A DNA stretch of 64,000 nt from an uncultured bacterium (lineage in GTDB: Bacteria; Patescibacteriota; Minisyncoccia; Phycocordibacterales; UBA9973), in contig CALCZP010000004.1 in the NCBI GenBank assembly GCA_937903035.1, forward strand, positions 181,506 to 245,505, read 5' to 3'. The notes under the pieces are model-generated. The model had not been told where the DNA came from and ran no database searches. It worked only from the letters and a program-made list of their open reading frames with translations. A program made the position numbers and the translations under genes. Every line of letters starts with the position of its first letter. Within the stretch, counting starts at the first letter, position 1. Below, piece by piece: positions 26,802-35,448 of this stretch.

Positions 26802-28262
26802 TTATCCTAATCTCGCAAAGAGTGGTGTCTCTGGTTTTTTGTTTGAGCGAATAAGTTCGATAAGTTTGGTAGATGTCTCAGGCATGTATGGCGCGAGTAC
26901 GACTGCGATTGTGTAGAGCTCTTGGACGAGAGAAGTGATCATTCGCTTCCCTTCCTCTACATCAGTCTTGATAACTGAGAAGGGCTTTTCAAGTGCGATC
27001 TTTGTATCGAGCTCTCCAACTGATTCCCAGATTGTATTCATCGCCTTTTGGATATCAAATGCTTCCATTGATGCAGCAACTTTCTCCCCAAGCTCAGTCT
27101 TTGGTAGCCCCTCAAATACATCACAATGTGTTGCTGAAAGTGTCAGAATGCGAGATGCAAGGTTCCCAAGTCCGTTGGCAAGATGTGACTGATACGCATC
27201 CTTGATACTTTCCATGGTCATGTCCGCATCTTCAAATGAGTTCATGTGACGGAGTAAATAATATCGGAGCACATCATGAGACAAATCTCCTGCCACATCA
27301 TTGAACGCATCCACAACATCATACGGACTGATGACATTACCGAGCGATTTTGACATCTTTTGCCCACCTGAGTTGATGAAACCGTTTACGATGATGTGTC
27401 GTGACGTTGGGAGATCAGCAGCAAGGAGCATTGCCTGCCACATCGACGACTGCTGACGAGTATTGTCCTTACCACAATACTGCACCGGTGTGCCATCCTT
27501 CCAGTATTTCTCAAATGTTTCTGTATCCTCAGGCCAGCCAAGTGTTGAGATATAGTTGACGAGTGCATCAAACCACACATACATGACATGTGCTTCGTCT
27601 CCTGGAACTTCGATACCCCACGGCATTTTCGCCTTGAGGCGAGAGATGGAGAAGTCTTGGAGGCCTCGGGTGAGAAACGCTTTCATCTCATTGTAGCGGT
27701 AGTCAGGGATTACAAAGTCAGGTGTTGCATCATAAAAAGCCTGGAGCTTATCAGCGACTTTTGAATACGCGAAGAAATAGTTTTCTTCATTAATGATTTC
27801 AATATCTCGATCAGGATGAATCGGGCATCGTCCAGCATCGTTGAGTTCACTATCAGTCTTTTCGAGTTCACAGCCAACACAATACTTCGCTTCATAGTTT
27901 TTCTTGTAGATATAGCCACGATCAGCGCATCGCTTCCAGAACTCCTGCGCCGCAGTGATATGATGCGGGTCAGTTGTACGAATAAAATGTGCATCAGGAG
28001 AGATACCAAGGAGTGCTACGAGTCCCCGAAATGTTGTTGCATACCGATCAACATACTCCTGTACCGCAATTCCCTCCTTTGCGGCAGCTTGATAGAGCTT
28101 GAGTCCATGTTCATCAGTACCCGTATTAAAAAAGACTTCACAGCCCTGCTCTTTTTTGAAGCGAGCAATAGCATCTGCGCGAATAATCTCCATAGCAAAA
28201 CCAACGTGCGGATCATTGTTCACGTATGGGAGCGTGGTCGTTATATAAAATGGATTGTTCAT
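26802..28262 (-). CDS. metG: Methionyl-tRNA synthetase (short form)
   Basis: Start at the internal ATG (MNNPFYITTTLPYVNNDPHVGF...). KMSKSLGN is present and the anticodon-binding domain is recognisable. The HIGH-region reads HVGF. Confidence 0.85.
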   Translation of the reverse strand: MNNPFYITTTLPYVNNDPHVGFAMEIIRADAIARFKKEQGCEVFFNTGTDEHGLKLYQAAAKEGIAVQEYVDRYATTFRGLVALLGISPDAHFIRTTDPHHITAAQEFWKRCADRGYIYKKNYEAKYCVGCELEKTDSELNDAGRCPIHPDRDIEIINEENYFFAYSKVADKLQAFYDATPDFVIPDYRYNEMKAFLTRGLQDFSISRLKAKMPWGIEVPGDEAHVMYVWFDALVNYISTLGWPEDTETFEKYWKDGTPVQYCGKDNTRQQSSMWQAMLLAADLPTSRHIIVNGFINSGGQKMSKSLGNVISPYDVVDAFNDVAGDLSHDVLRYYLLRHMNSFEDADMTMESIKDAYQSHLANGLGNLASRILTLSATHCDVFEGLPKTELGEKVAASMEAFDIQKAMNTIWESVGELDTKIALEKPFSVIKTDVEEGKRMITSLVQELYTIAVVLAPYMPETSTKLIELIRSNKKPETPLFARLG

Positions 28263-28272
28263 AATAGAAAAA

Positions 28273-29349
28273 TTATTCAGGAAGGTTCTGGGTAACAGGG
28301 ATGAGTTTGCGCTTTTCGATATCACTCATATATTCAAGGACAAAGACTGCAACCGGCATTGCAATGATCGCCCCCCAGAATCCGGCAAGTGTAATACCAA
28401 TCAAGAATGCGAGCAAGACAACGAGTGGTGGAATACCGACCACACGACGAGCAACAACTGGTGAGAGTACGTAGCTCTCAAGCTGTTGAACAATGATATA
28501 AAATACCATCACTTTCACTCCTAGGAGGACTCCACCATCAATCACCGCAAAGAGTATTGCGGGTACTGATGCAAAGATGATACCAAACGGCACAAGCTCA
28601 GCAATCGCTGTAATAAGACCAATAAGAAATGCATACTGTACACCAAGGAGTGCAAACACCACAAAGGTGATCGCTCCCATGATGAGTGCAAGCAGGAGCT
28701 GTCCTTTGAACCAAAGACCGATCTTGTACTGCGTGCGAAGCCAGAGTCCTACCACATACTTCTCATGTTTTTTTGGCGTAAGAATACGCAGGAATGTTGC
28801 GAGACCGTCCTCTTGGATCGAGAGATAAAATGCCATCACAATCACAAGGATGGCATTCACTGCGCCGCCAAATGTTGAGCCGATCACACTGGTCGCGCCT
28901 TGTGAGAGGAGTGCTGTCGCATTTTTCACACTACCGAGCAAGTCAGTAAGTGATGACCCCTTGGTAATCGTTGAGACAAACTGTGTCGCCCCTTCGATTG
29001 ACTGTGTTGAAATTGATGATGTCTCTGGTAGGTAGCCGAGAAGGAGCGTAATCATTCCCGAGAGCTCACGAATCACAATCGGTACAAACGCATAGAAGAT
29101 AGCAGTGAGAAATCCTACTACGAGCGCAAAAATGATCGGGACGGAAAGTGACCGGTTCATCTTGTACTTCTTGAGCGCCTGGACACCTGGCTCAACAAAT
29201 GACGCAATGACAACCGCTACAATAATTAAAAGCAAAATATCACGTATTTTAAACAGGAGATATGCTCCAAACATGATACAGAGGGTACGGATGATTGTAT
29301 CATTGGTGATACGGATGGAGCGACCTTCAGACATAGTGATATGGTACAC
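28273..29349 (-). CDS. AI-2E family transporter (PerM/UPF0118-like permease)
   Basis: 358 aa with about 8 TM. The topology and overall pattern are consistent with AI-2E family permeases. Confidence 0.55.
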   Translation of the reverse strand: MYHITMSEGRSIRITNDTIIRTLCIMFGAYLLFKIRDILLLIIVAVVIASFVEPGVQALKKYKMNRSLSVPIIFALVVGFLTAIFYAFVPIVIRELSGMITLLLGYLPETSSISTQSIEGATQFVSTITKGSSLTDLLGSVKNATALLSQGATSVIGSTFGGAVNAILVIVMAFYLSIQEDGLATFLRILTPKKHEKYVVGLWLRTQYKIGLWFKGQLLLALIMGAITFVVFALLGVQYAFLIGLITAIAELVPFGIIFASVPAILFAVIDGGVLLGVKVMVFYIIVQQLESYVLSPVVARRVVGIPPLVVLLAFLIGITLAGFWGAIIAMPVAVFVLEYMSDIEKRKLIPVTQNLPE

Positions 29350-29363
29350 CGCAAACGTATCCC

Positions 29364-30641
29364 TTACAAGGAACTAAGTGGTGAAGTGTCCAAATCTGTT
29401 GATTCAAACGGGCCAACAAGTACAACAGTGGCATGCGTTGCTACAAAAAGCCTGCGAGCAACATGCTGGATCATTTCTGGGGTCACTGCCATATAGTGCT
29501 CAGTGATCATTTCAGGCGTTCGAAGTGGCTGCCCCAAGATGAGCTGTCCCCCATAGAAGCCAGCGACTTCATCGGTCGTCTCAAGCCCAATACGCATCAT
29601 AGAGAGCATGTACTCACGGGCTTTATTGAGCTCTTCTGTAGAGACTGACACTTCTTTGAGTAAACTGAATTCTTTTGCAAGAACCTTGAGTGTTTCATTT
29701 ACCCGAGTCTTGTCGATACCACAGGCAACCCCAAAGACACCATGATCAGTAAACCCTTCCTGCCCCGCCTCTACTGAATACGCAACACCGAGATCCTCAC
29801 GAAGAGTTTGAAACAGACGCGCACTCATACCACTTCCAAGGATTCCCCCGAGGAGTTGTGCTGTTGCATAATCTGGATGACCAAGTGGTACTGAGTGAAA
29901 TGTGATCGCAAGATGTGCCTGATCAATCGGACGTCTGACAACTTTCACTCGCAACGTATCCTGATCGATAGTGACAGGCTTTTTTGTGAGCAAGGGCTGC
30001 TGATTGATAGTTGAAAATACATGTTCAACATGTGCCTGTATTGCTGCCTCATCGATCAATCCTGAAACAACCACAATCGTATTTGCTGCATGATAGTGAG
30101 TATCTTTGTATCTGATAAAGTCAGCGCGAGAAAATGATGCAACCGTTTCTTTAGTGCCAAGTGTCGGCCACCCTGCTGGCTGGTCACCGTACATAAGTGA
30201 GATGACTGTCTCCGCTGCTTTGTAGCGATGATTGTCTTCATACATGTTGATCTCTTCAATAATGACACCACGTTCCTTTTCGAGCTCAGTTTCAGGAAAA
30301 GTCGCATTGAGGTAGATATCACCGAGAATATCAATAAAGGTTTTCACATGTTTTGGATTACCTTTTGCATAGTAGCCCGTGTACTCTTGTGAGGTAAATG
30401 CATTTGATACTGCACCGAGCGCATCAAGCTCAGAGCTTATAATCCGTGAGGTCGGACGAAGGACTGTCCCTTTGAAATACATATGTTCAAGGAAATGTGA
30501 AAGCCCTTTTTCTGATGCAGTCTCATACTCACTCCCCGTCCCAACCAATACAAGCACTGTTGCAGTGGTGGCTTCGGCACGTGGTGCAAGCACCATACGA
30601 AGACCAGTAGGAAGTGTGACAACGGTAGGCTGCTTCATCAA
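29364..30641 (-). CDS. M16-family zinc peptidase (insulinase-like)
   Basis: 425 aa with the inverted zinc motif HFLEHMYFKGT (HxxEH). Confidence 0.8.
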   Translation of the reverse strand: MMKQPTVVTLPTGLRMVLAPRAEATTATVLVLVGTGSEYETASEKGLSHFLEHMYFKGTVLRPTSRIISSELDALGAVSNAFTSQEYTGYYAKGNPKHVKTFIDILGDIYLNATFPETELEKERGVIIEEINMYEDNHRYKAAETVISLMYGDQPAGWPTLGTKETVASFSRADFIRYKDTHYHAANTIVVVSGLIDEAAIQAHVEHVFSTINQQPLLTKKPVTIDQDTLRVKVVRRPIDQAHLAITFHSVPLGHPDYATAQLLGGILGSGMSARLFQTLREDLGVAYSVEAGQEGFTDHGVFGVACGIDKTRVNETLKVLAKEFSLLKEVSVSTEELNKAREYMLSMMRIGLETTDEVAGFYGGQLILGQPLRTPEMITEHYMAVTPEMIQHVARRLFVATHATVVLVGPFESTDLDTSPLSSL

Positions 30642-31964
30642 TTAGCTCATTCGTTCGTTGAGATATGCAGGAAGAGCACTGATTGCAACACGCTCTTGGG
30701 TGCCAGTATCACGATCACGCACGGTGACCGTATCGAGGAGATCAGGATTCTCTCCGAGCGTATCAAAGTCAACCACAATACAACATGGTGTACCAATCTC
30801 ATCTTGGCGACGGTAGCGCTTGCCGATATTGCCGTTGTCATCCCATGCCACAGACCCCATTGATTTCTTGAGTGCACTATAGAGAATCCGTGCTTTCTCA
30901 ACGAGCTCTGGTTTGTTTTTCAACAGTGGTGAGACACATGCTTTGTATGGTGCAAGTACTACCGGAAGCTTGAGTACAATACGGGTATCAGCACCATCGC
31001 CTTCTTCGCGATATGCACTTGCAAGCACTGCAAGGACCGTGCGATCCACACCAAATGATGGCTCAATACAGTGCGGTGTCACCTTCTCACCTGTTTCATC
31101 TTCAACAACATAGAGCGGTACGGTACTTGCATCAGCATGGGTGTTCAAGTCAAAGTTGGTACGGTATGCAAGACCATAGAGCTCCTTGCGACCGAATGGA
31201 AAGTCGAACTCAAAATCAATCGTGCGCTTTGAGTAGTGTGCGAGATCTCCTTCGGAAACTTCGAGTTCATGCACTTTGTCAGCAGGAATACCGAGAGACG
31301 CGATCCATGCATGCACTGATACACGCCAGTCTTCAAACCGATCTTTCCAGTGTGCTTCATGCACGAAGTATTCAATCTCCATCTGTTCGAATTCACGAGA
31401 ACGGAAAATAAAGTCTCGTGGTGCGATCTCATTTCGAAATGCCTTACCGATCTGCGCGAGACCAAACGGAAGCTTGGGATGAATACTATCAACAACGTTT
31501 TTAAAGTTCACGAACATGCCTTGTGCAGTTTCTGGTCGAAGATATGCGATAGAGTCCGCGTCTTCGAGTGCACCCACTGTCGTCTTGAACATCATATTAA
31601 ACTGACGAGCTTCCCCAAGTGTCCCAGTTTTGTTGCAGGTTGGGCACGCATCACCTTCAAGATGATCTGCGCGAAACCGTGACTTACAATTTGAGCATTC
31701 AACCAACGGATCAGAAAATCCACCAACGTGACCTGATGCTTTCCAGACATTCTGGTTCATCAAAATAGCAGCATCCACACCATACATATCCTCTCGATCA
31801 GTCACAAAGGTCTTCCACCAGAGGTTCTGGATGTTGCGCTTGAGCTCGATACCGAGTGGGCCATAGTCCCACGTACCCGCAAGTCCCCCATAGATCTCAG
31901 ACCCTTGAAAAATAAAGCCACGGCGCTTGCACAAACTGATGAGTTGTTCCATTGATGCATTCAT
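30642..31964 (-). CDS. glyQS: Glycyl-tRNA synthetase (alpha2 dimeric class II type)
   Basis: 440 aa. The N-terminus is RRGFIFQGSEIYGGLAGTWDYGPLG, with class II motifs and a C-terminal anticodon-binding domain. Confidence 0.85.
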   Translation of the reverse strand: MNASMEQLISLCKRRGFIFQGSEIYGGLAGTWDYGPLGIELKRNIQNLWWKTFVTDREDMYGVDAAILMNQNVWKASGHVGGFSDPLVECSNCKSRFRADHLEGDACPTCNKTGTLGEARQFNMMFKTTVGALEDADSIAYLRPETAQGMFVNFKNVVDSIHPKLPFGLAQIGKAFRNEIAPRDFIFRSREFEQMEIEYFVHEAHWKDRFEDWRVSVHAWIASLGIPADKVHELEVSEGDLAHYSKRTIDFEFDFPFGRKELYGLAYRTNFDLNTHADASTVPLYVVEDETGEKVTPHCIEPSFGVDRTVLAVLASAYREEGDGADTRIVLKLPVVLAPYKACVSPLLKNKPELVEKARILYSALKKSMGSVAWDDNGNIGKRYRRQDEIGTPCCIVVDFDTLGENPDLLDTVTVRDRDTGTQERVAISALPAYLNERMS

Positions 31965-31969
31965 AGCCC

Positions 31970-33862
31970 CTATGGTAGCACACGCTCGCCCCCTGGGGTA
32001 TAGACGGGATCGCTATCAAGTCTTGTTGTGAGTGGAGGTCGAGTCGTGGTAAGTGGCGCATTTGCAGCAGTATCAGTGGCAGTGACCATCGTCTCCCCGA
32101 GAAGCATAATGTCACTATCAATAGATGCCCGTGTCGGTCGAGCTTTGACCTGGAACGAAACAGTCTTCTTTTGGAGTGCTGAACCGTTTGCCTTTGGTAA
32201 TGTCCCAATATTCCAAGTCACAACTTTGCTCTCAGTGTTGTATGTAATCAACTCAGACTGCGGTACGACAACACCTGACCAGATAACTCCATTTGGAAGT
32301 GCTGCCGTTGCTTGAACATTGGTAAGTGCGTTCTCAGAAGGTCGGACAGTCCAGGTCAATGTATAGGTTGTTTCAATATCAGCCTTTGGTGGATATGGAC
32401 CAGTATTTTTAATAGGACCAATTGAGTACAGTGACTGGGCGGCAAACTGCAACGTCGAAGCAAATCGAACGGTCTTTTGGTCGATCATATCGATTGTTTG
32501 TTGGAAATAATCACGATCAGGAAATACGCCTGACACTGATAGTGAGAAAACCATATCAGGAGCACCTGGTCGAACTTGCTTGGTTGGGAATGTAAACATC
32601 AAATCTCCTTCCTGCCCTGGAGCAATAACAGTAAGTGCATTGTCAGACTCTGGTGTCCAAGTAATGGTGTGATCAAGGGCATTGTAGTAGCCATTGTCGA
32701 CCTTAAGCGCATTTACATCGATACCCTCTCCACCAAGCAAAAGCGTAAAGAGTGGCTTCACGACCGAAAGTGGTGAGTTGTTTTTCCAATGAATAGTACC
32801 CGTTACGGTAGCACCTGTTGAAATAGGAACAACATCATTTTTATCTCCATTAATCGCAATCTCTGCACTGATAAATGGCTGAGCGAGTATTATTGGATGA
32901 AGTACTGAGTTAAAGGTAACTGCAAGTCGCCGATCCGTAGCACTCTCGGGTGTTCCCGTATAAATACGAAACGACTTTTCATCATTTTCTTCACCCATGA
33001 GACGTCCTTGGATTTTAATGATGCGCTCAGTTCCTTTTTCGAGATCACCCAGTGACCACACGTTGTTACCAGATACCGGAGCTGGGTCTGCAGACTTAAA
33101 GACAAATCCGTTTGGATATTCAACACGAGTGATTACATCATTGAGTGCCTTGTCACCAGTGAAGTTGTTGCGAATAGTAAGTGTGAAAGGCTGACTCGAA
33201 ACAATAGCTGAGGGACCATCCGCAGTAAGTGTCACCGGAGATGAACTAATGATAACTGCAAAGTCTTGTTCACGCTGAAATGTTGAGCTTGAACCTGCAA
33301 GCTGATAACTAACACGCGCTTTAATACTCCTACTAAGGCCCTGCTCACCATACAGCACAACAGTAACTTCTTCACTTTTTGTTTTACCAGATCCGATCGT
33401 TCCAAGCTGTTTTTCGATATGCATCACATCGCTACCACTCTGATCAGTGGCACCTCTTGGGTAGTCAATTGATAGGATTGTATTGGTGAGGTCAACGGCA
33501 TTCTTGTTAGTAATCTCAATCTGTATAGGAAGCTCCTCTCCCCCACCTACGAATGAATTGCCGAGGATCTTTACTTCAACATTCTTGCTCGAAAGCGTAA
33601 TCGAGCCATGGTAAATAGAGTACAGAGCAATGCCAAGTCCAATGATGAAAAAGATGAATGAAAAAATGAAAAAACGTTTGTATCCAGCAGAGAGTTTTGG
33701 GTGACGAGCACGCTCATGTGGCACCTCAGCTTCACCCCATGTTGAGGAAATATTTTGCTTAATCGGCCGCAAGATACCAAACTTCCGCTTGGGAATGTTT
33801 TCGGGGTCGCGCGCATAGAGGCGCTGCTGCAAGTCACCAATATGATCTATTTCATCAGCCAT
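31970..33862 (-). CDS. Hypothetical membrane-anchored protein with a large extracytoplasmic beta-rich domain
   Basis: 630 aa. The N-terminus is cytoplasmic, followed by one TM (FFIFSFIFFIIGLGIALYSIY) and a large extracellular region. No family recognised. Confidence 0.45.
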   Translation of the reverse strand: MADEIDHIGDLQQRLYARDPENIPKRKFGILRPIKQNISSTWGEAEVPHERARHPKLSAGYKRFFIFSFIFFIIGLGIALYSIYHGSITLSSKNVEVKILGNSFVGGGEELPIQIEITNKNAVDLTNTILSIDYPRGATDQSGSDVMHIEKQLGTIGSGKTKSEEVTVVLYGEQGLSRSIKARVSYQLAGSSSTFQREQDFAVIISSSPVTLTADGPSAIVSSQPFTLTIRNNFTGDKALNDVITRVEYPNGFVFKSADPAPVSGNNVWSLGDLEKGTERIIKIQGRLMGEENDEKSFRIYTGTPESATDRRLAVTFNSVLHPIILAQPFISAEIAINGDKNDVVPISTGATVTGTIHWKNNSPLSVVKPLFTLLLGGEGIDVNALKVDNGYYNALDHTITWTPESDNALTVIAPGQEGDLMFTFPTKQVRPGAPDMVFSLSVSGVFPDRDYFQQTIDMIDQKTVRFASTLQFAAQSLYSIGPIKNTGPYPPKADIETTYTLTWTVRPSENALTNVQATAALPNGVIWSGVVVPQSELITYNTESKVVTWNIGTLPKANGSALQKKTVSFQVKARPTRASIDSDIMLLGETMVTATDTAANAPLTTTRPPLTTRLDSDPVYTPGGERVLP

Positions 33863-33900
33863 AGTAGTTCAATTATACCAGAGAAGACCTCAATCGCGTG

Positions 33901-34476
33901 CTACAACTGACTTTCTTTGATCGACGCGTTCACCACTGTGATGAATGATCTGATATGTGCGTCATCCATCATGCCGATCGCTTCATCAAATGGAGCATGT
34001 AGAAGCTCTTCGTCCCCTTCTTCGACTGCAATATAGCCAAGAATCGCGATCGCTCGCCAGAGCGAAAGTGTATCAAAAAGTCGCTCATCGATATCCGTAC
34101 GCGAGATAAGCGTCGATATCTCCGTCACATGCGCATAGAGCTCGACATGATCACCCTCTCCCAAGAGAAATCGTTCAAGCAATGTCAGAGTGCGGACGTA
34201 GCTCCGTGCAAGTGGAAGCTTGGGATTTCCTTCAAGGGGGTTGTGCAGGAGCTCACAACTAATGAGCCGCCACACTTCCTTGCCTCGCACCAGATCTGCA
34301 TTGATGAATGCGTAATCTACAAGATGTCCCTGAAGTTTTGCACCTACCTTACGCACCCCCTGCACCGCAGCAACAATCAACCCAAATTCTTTGGTCAGGA
34401 GCCAGACGCGCTTGTTCGCCTCGCCAAAATGTACGCTTTTGAGGATAACTGCGGGAGTGTGATGAATCGTGTGCAT
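33901..34476 (-). CDS. recO: DNA repair protein RecO (short form)
   Basis: Start at the internal ATG (MHTIHHTPAVILKSVHFGEANKRVWLLTKEFGLIVAAVQGVRK...). This is a RecO N-terminal OB-fold pattern. Confidence 0.6.
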   Translation of the reverse strand: MHTIHHTPAVILKSVHFGEANKRVWLLTKEFGLIVAAVQGVRKVGAKLQGHLVDYAFINADLVRGKEVWRLISCELLHNPLEGNPKLPLARSYVRTLTLLERFLLGEGDHVELYAHVTEISTLISRTDIDERLFDTLSLWRAIAILGYIAVEEGDEELLHAPFDEAIGMMDDAHIRSFITVVNASIKESQL

Positions 34477-34543
34477 ACCTGTGAGTATAGCAGTATTGAC
34501 GAATAGGATTTGATAAGTATAGTAATCACAAAAACAACTACAT

Positions 34544-34855
34544 ATGAGCAAGGTAAAGTTAAAAATCTTTTATGATGAACGTAATCACTACTCAACACTT
34601 ACACTCTCTAGTGAACAAGGTGCATTTTTGAAACAAGTGAAAAGTATCCTCAACAAACACTTTGGTAAAACTACCTGTGACACATTCTTTATTGGATGTA
34701 GACCCAAAAAAGCAAACAATGTCTTGATTGAAATATCAGTACAGAAACAAGTTGGGATGATCCACATGGAAGCCGCAACCAAAGAACTTCATGCATTGAG
34801 TACTAAAACACAACTGATTGGAGTAGAGATGAGACCAATAGATATCATCATCTAA
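34544..34855 (+). CDS. Small hypothetical protein
   Basis: 103 aa ORF, AT-rich, with a strong terminator immediately downstream. Confidence 0.35.
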   Translation: MSKVKLKIFYDERNHYSTLTLSSEQGAFLKQVKSILNKHFGKTTCDTFFIGCRPKKANNVLIEISVQKQVGMIHMEAATKELHALSTKTQLIGVEMRPIDIII

Positions 34856-34857
34856 CT

Positions 34858-34885
34858 AAACAGCCGACATACGTCGGCTGTTTTT
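34858..34885. terminator. Intrinsic terminator
   Basis: AAACAGCCGACATACGTCGGCTGTTTTT. Confidence 0.65.
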
Positions 34886-35447
34886 ATTTCTCTATTTCTG
34901 CAAGAAGTTCTGGAAATTTATCCATACCATCCCCGGAAGTAAAATGTCCTTTGTCGGAAAATTCTCTAAACGATATAGCAGGAAGTACTGACCTGATCTT
35001 CTCTATACTTTTTAGAATACCATCTTCGTCATCGGTCGAATAAAAGACCGTGATACCAGTGGTTCGACTTTCAAGAGTGGGATCAATATTATATTCAGAA
35101 AAGCCGGTCACCACTCCAGGATTCGCAAGTATTGATGGTGCAACGAGTACTACTTTTCCAACAGTAATCTTTGTCTCACTCAACCACCGCAACAGAAATC
35201 CTCCTCCCCTGCTATGCCCAACGAGTATAGTATTTTCATCAACTGCAAACTGTTCAAATATGTTTTTCCATTCATCATAGTCAGGTGCAAATGCACGAGG
35301 CAGTTCTGGAGTCTGCGTCAAAGTGTCTCGACAGAGCAATTCCTTTTGCAGCCATGGCAACCAATGACTGTTTGATGGTGATGGAAAGCTCGTATCATAA
35401 TACTCATCTTTTTCGGGACGTCCGTGAATAATGATCGCTGTTTTCAT
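34884..35447 (-). CDS. Alpha/beta-fold serine hydrolase (YdeN/RBBP9-like)
   Basis: Start at the internal ATG (MKTAIIIHGRPEKDEYYDTSFPSPSNSHWLPWLQKEL...LVGHSRGG...). GHSRG is the nucleophile elbow. Confidence 0.6.
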   Translation of the reverse strand: MKTAIIIHGRPEKDEYYDTSFPSPSNSHWLPWLQKELLCRDTLTQTPELPRAFAPDYDEWKNIFEQFAVDENTILVGHSRGGGFLLRWLSETKITVGKVVLVAPSILANPGVVTGFSEYNIDPTLESRTTGITVFYSTDDEDGILKSIEKIRSVLPAISFREFSDKGHFTSGDGMDKFPELLAEIEK

Positions 35448-35448
35448 A

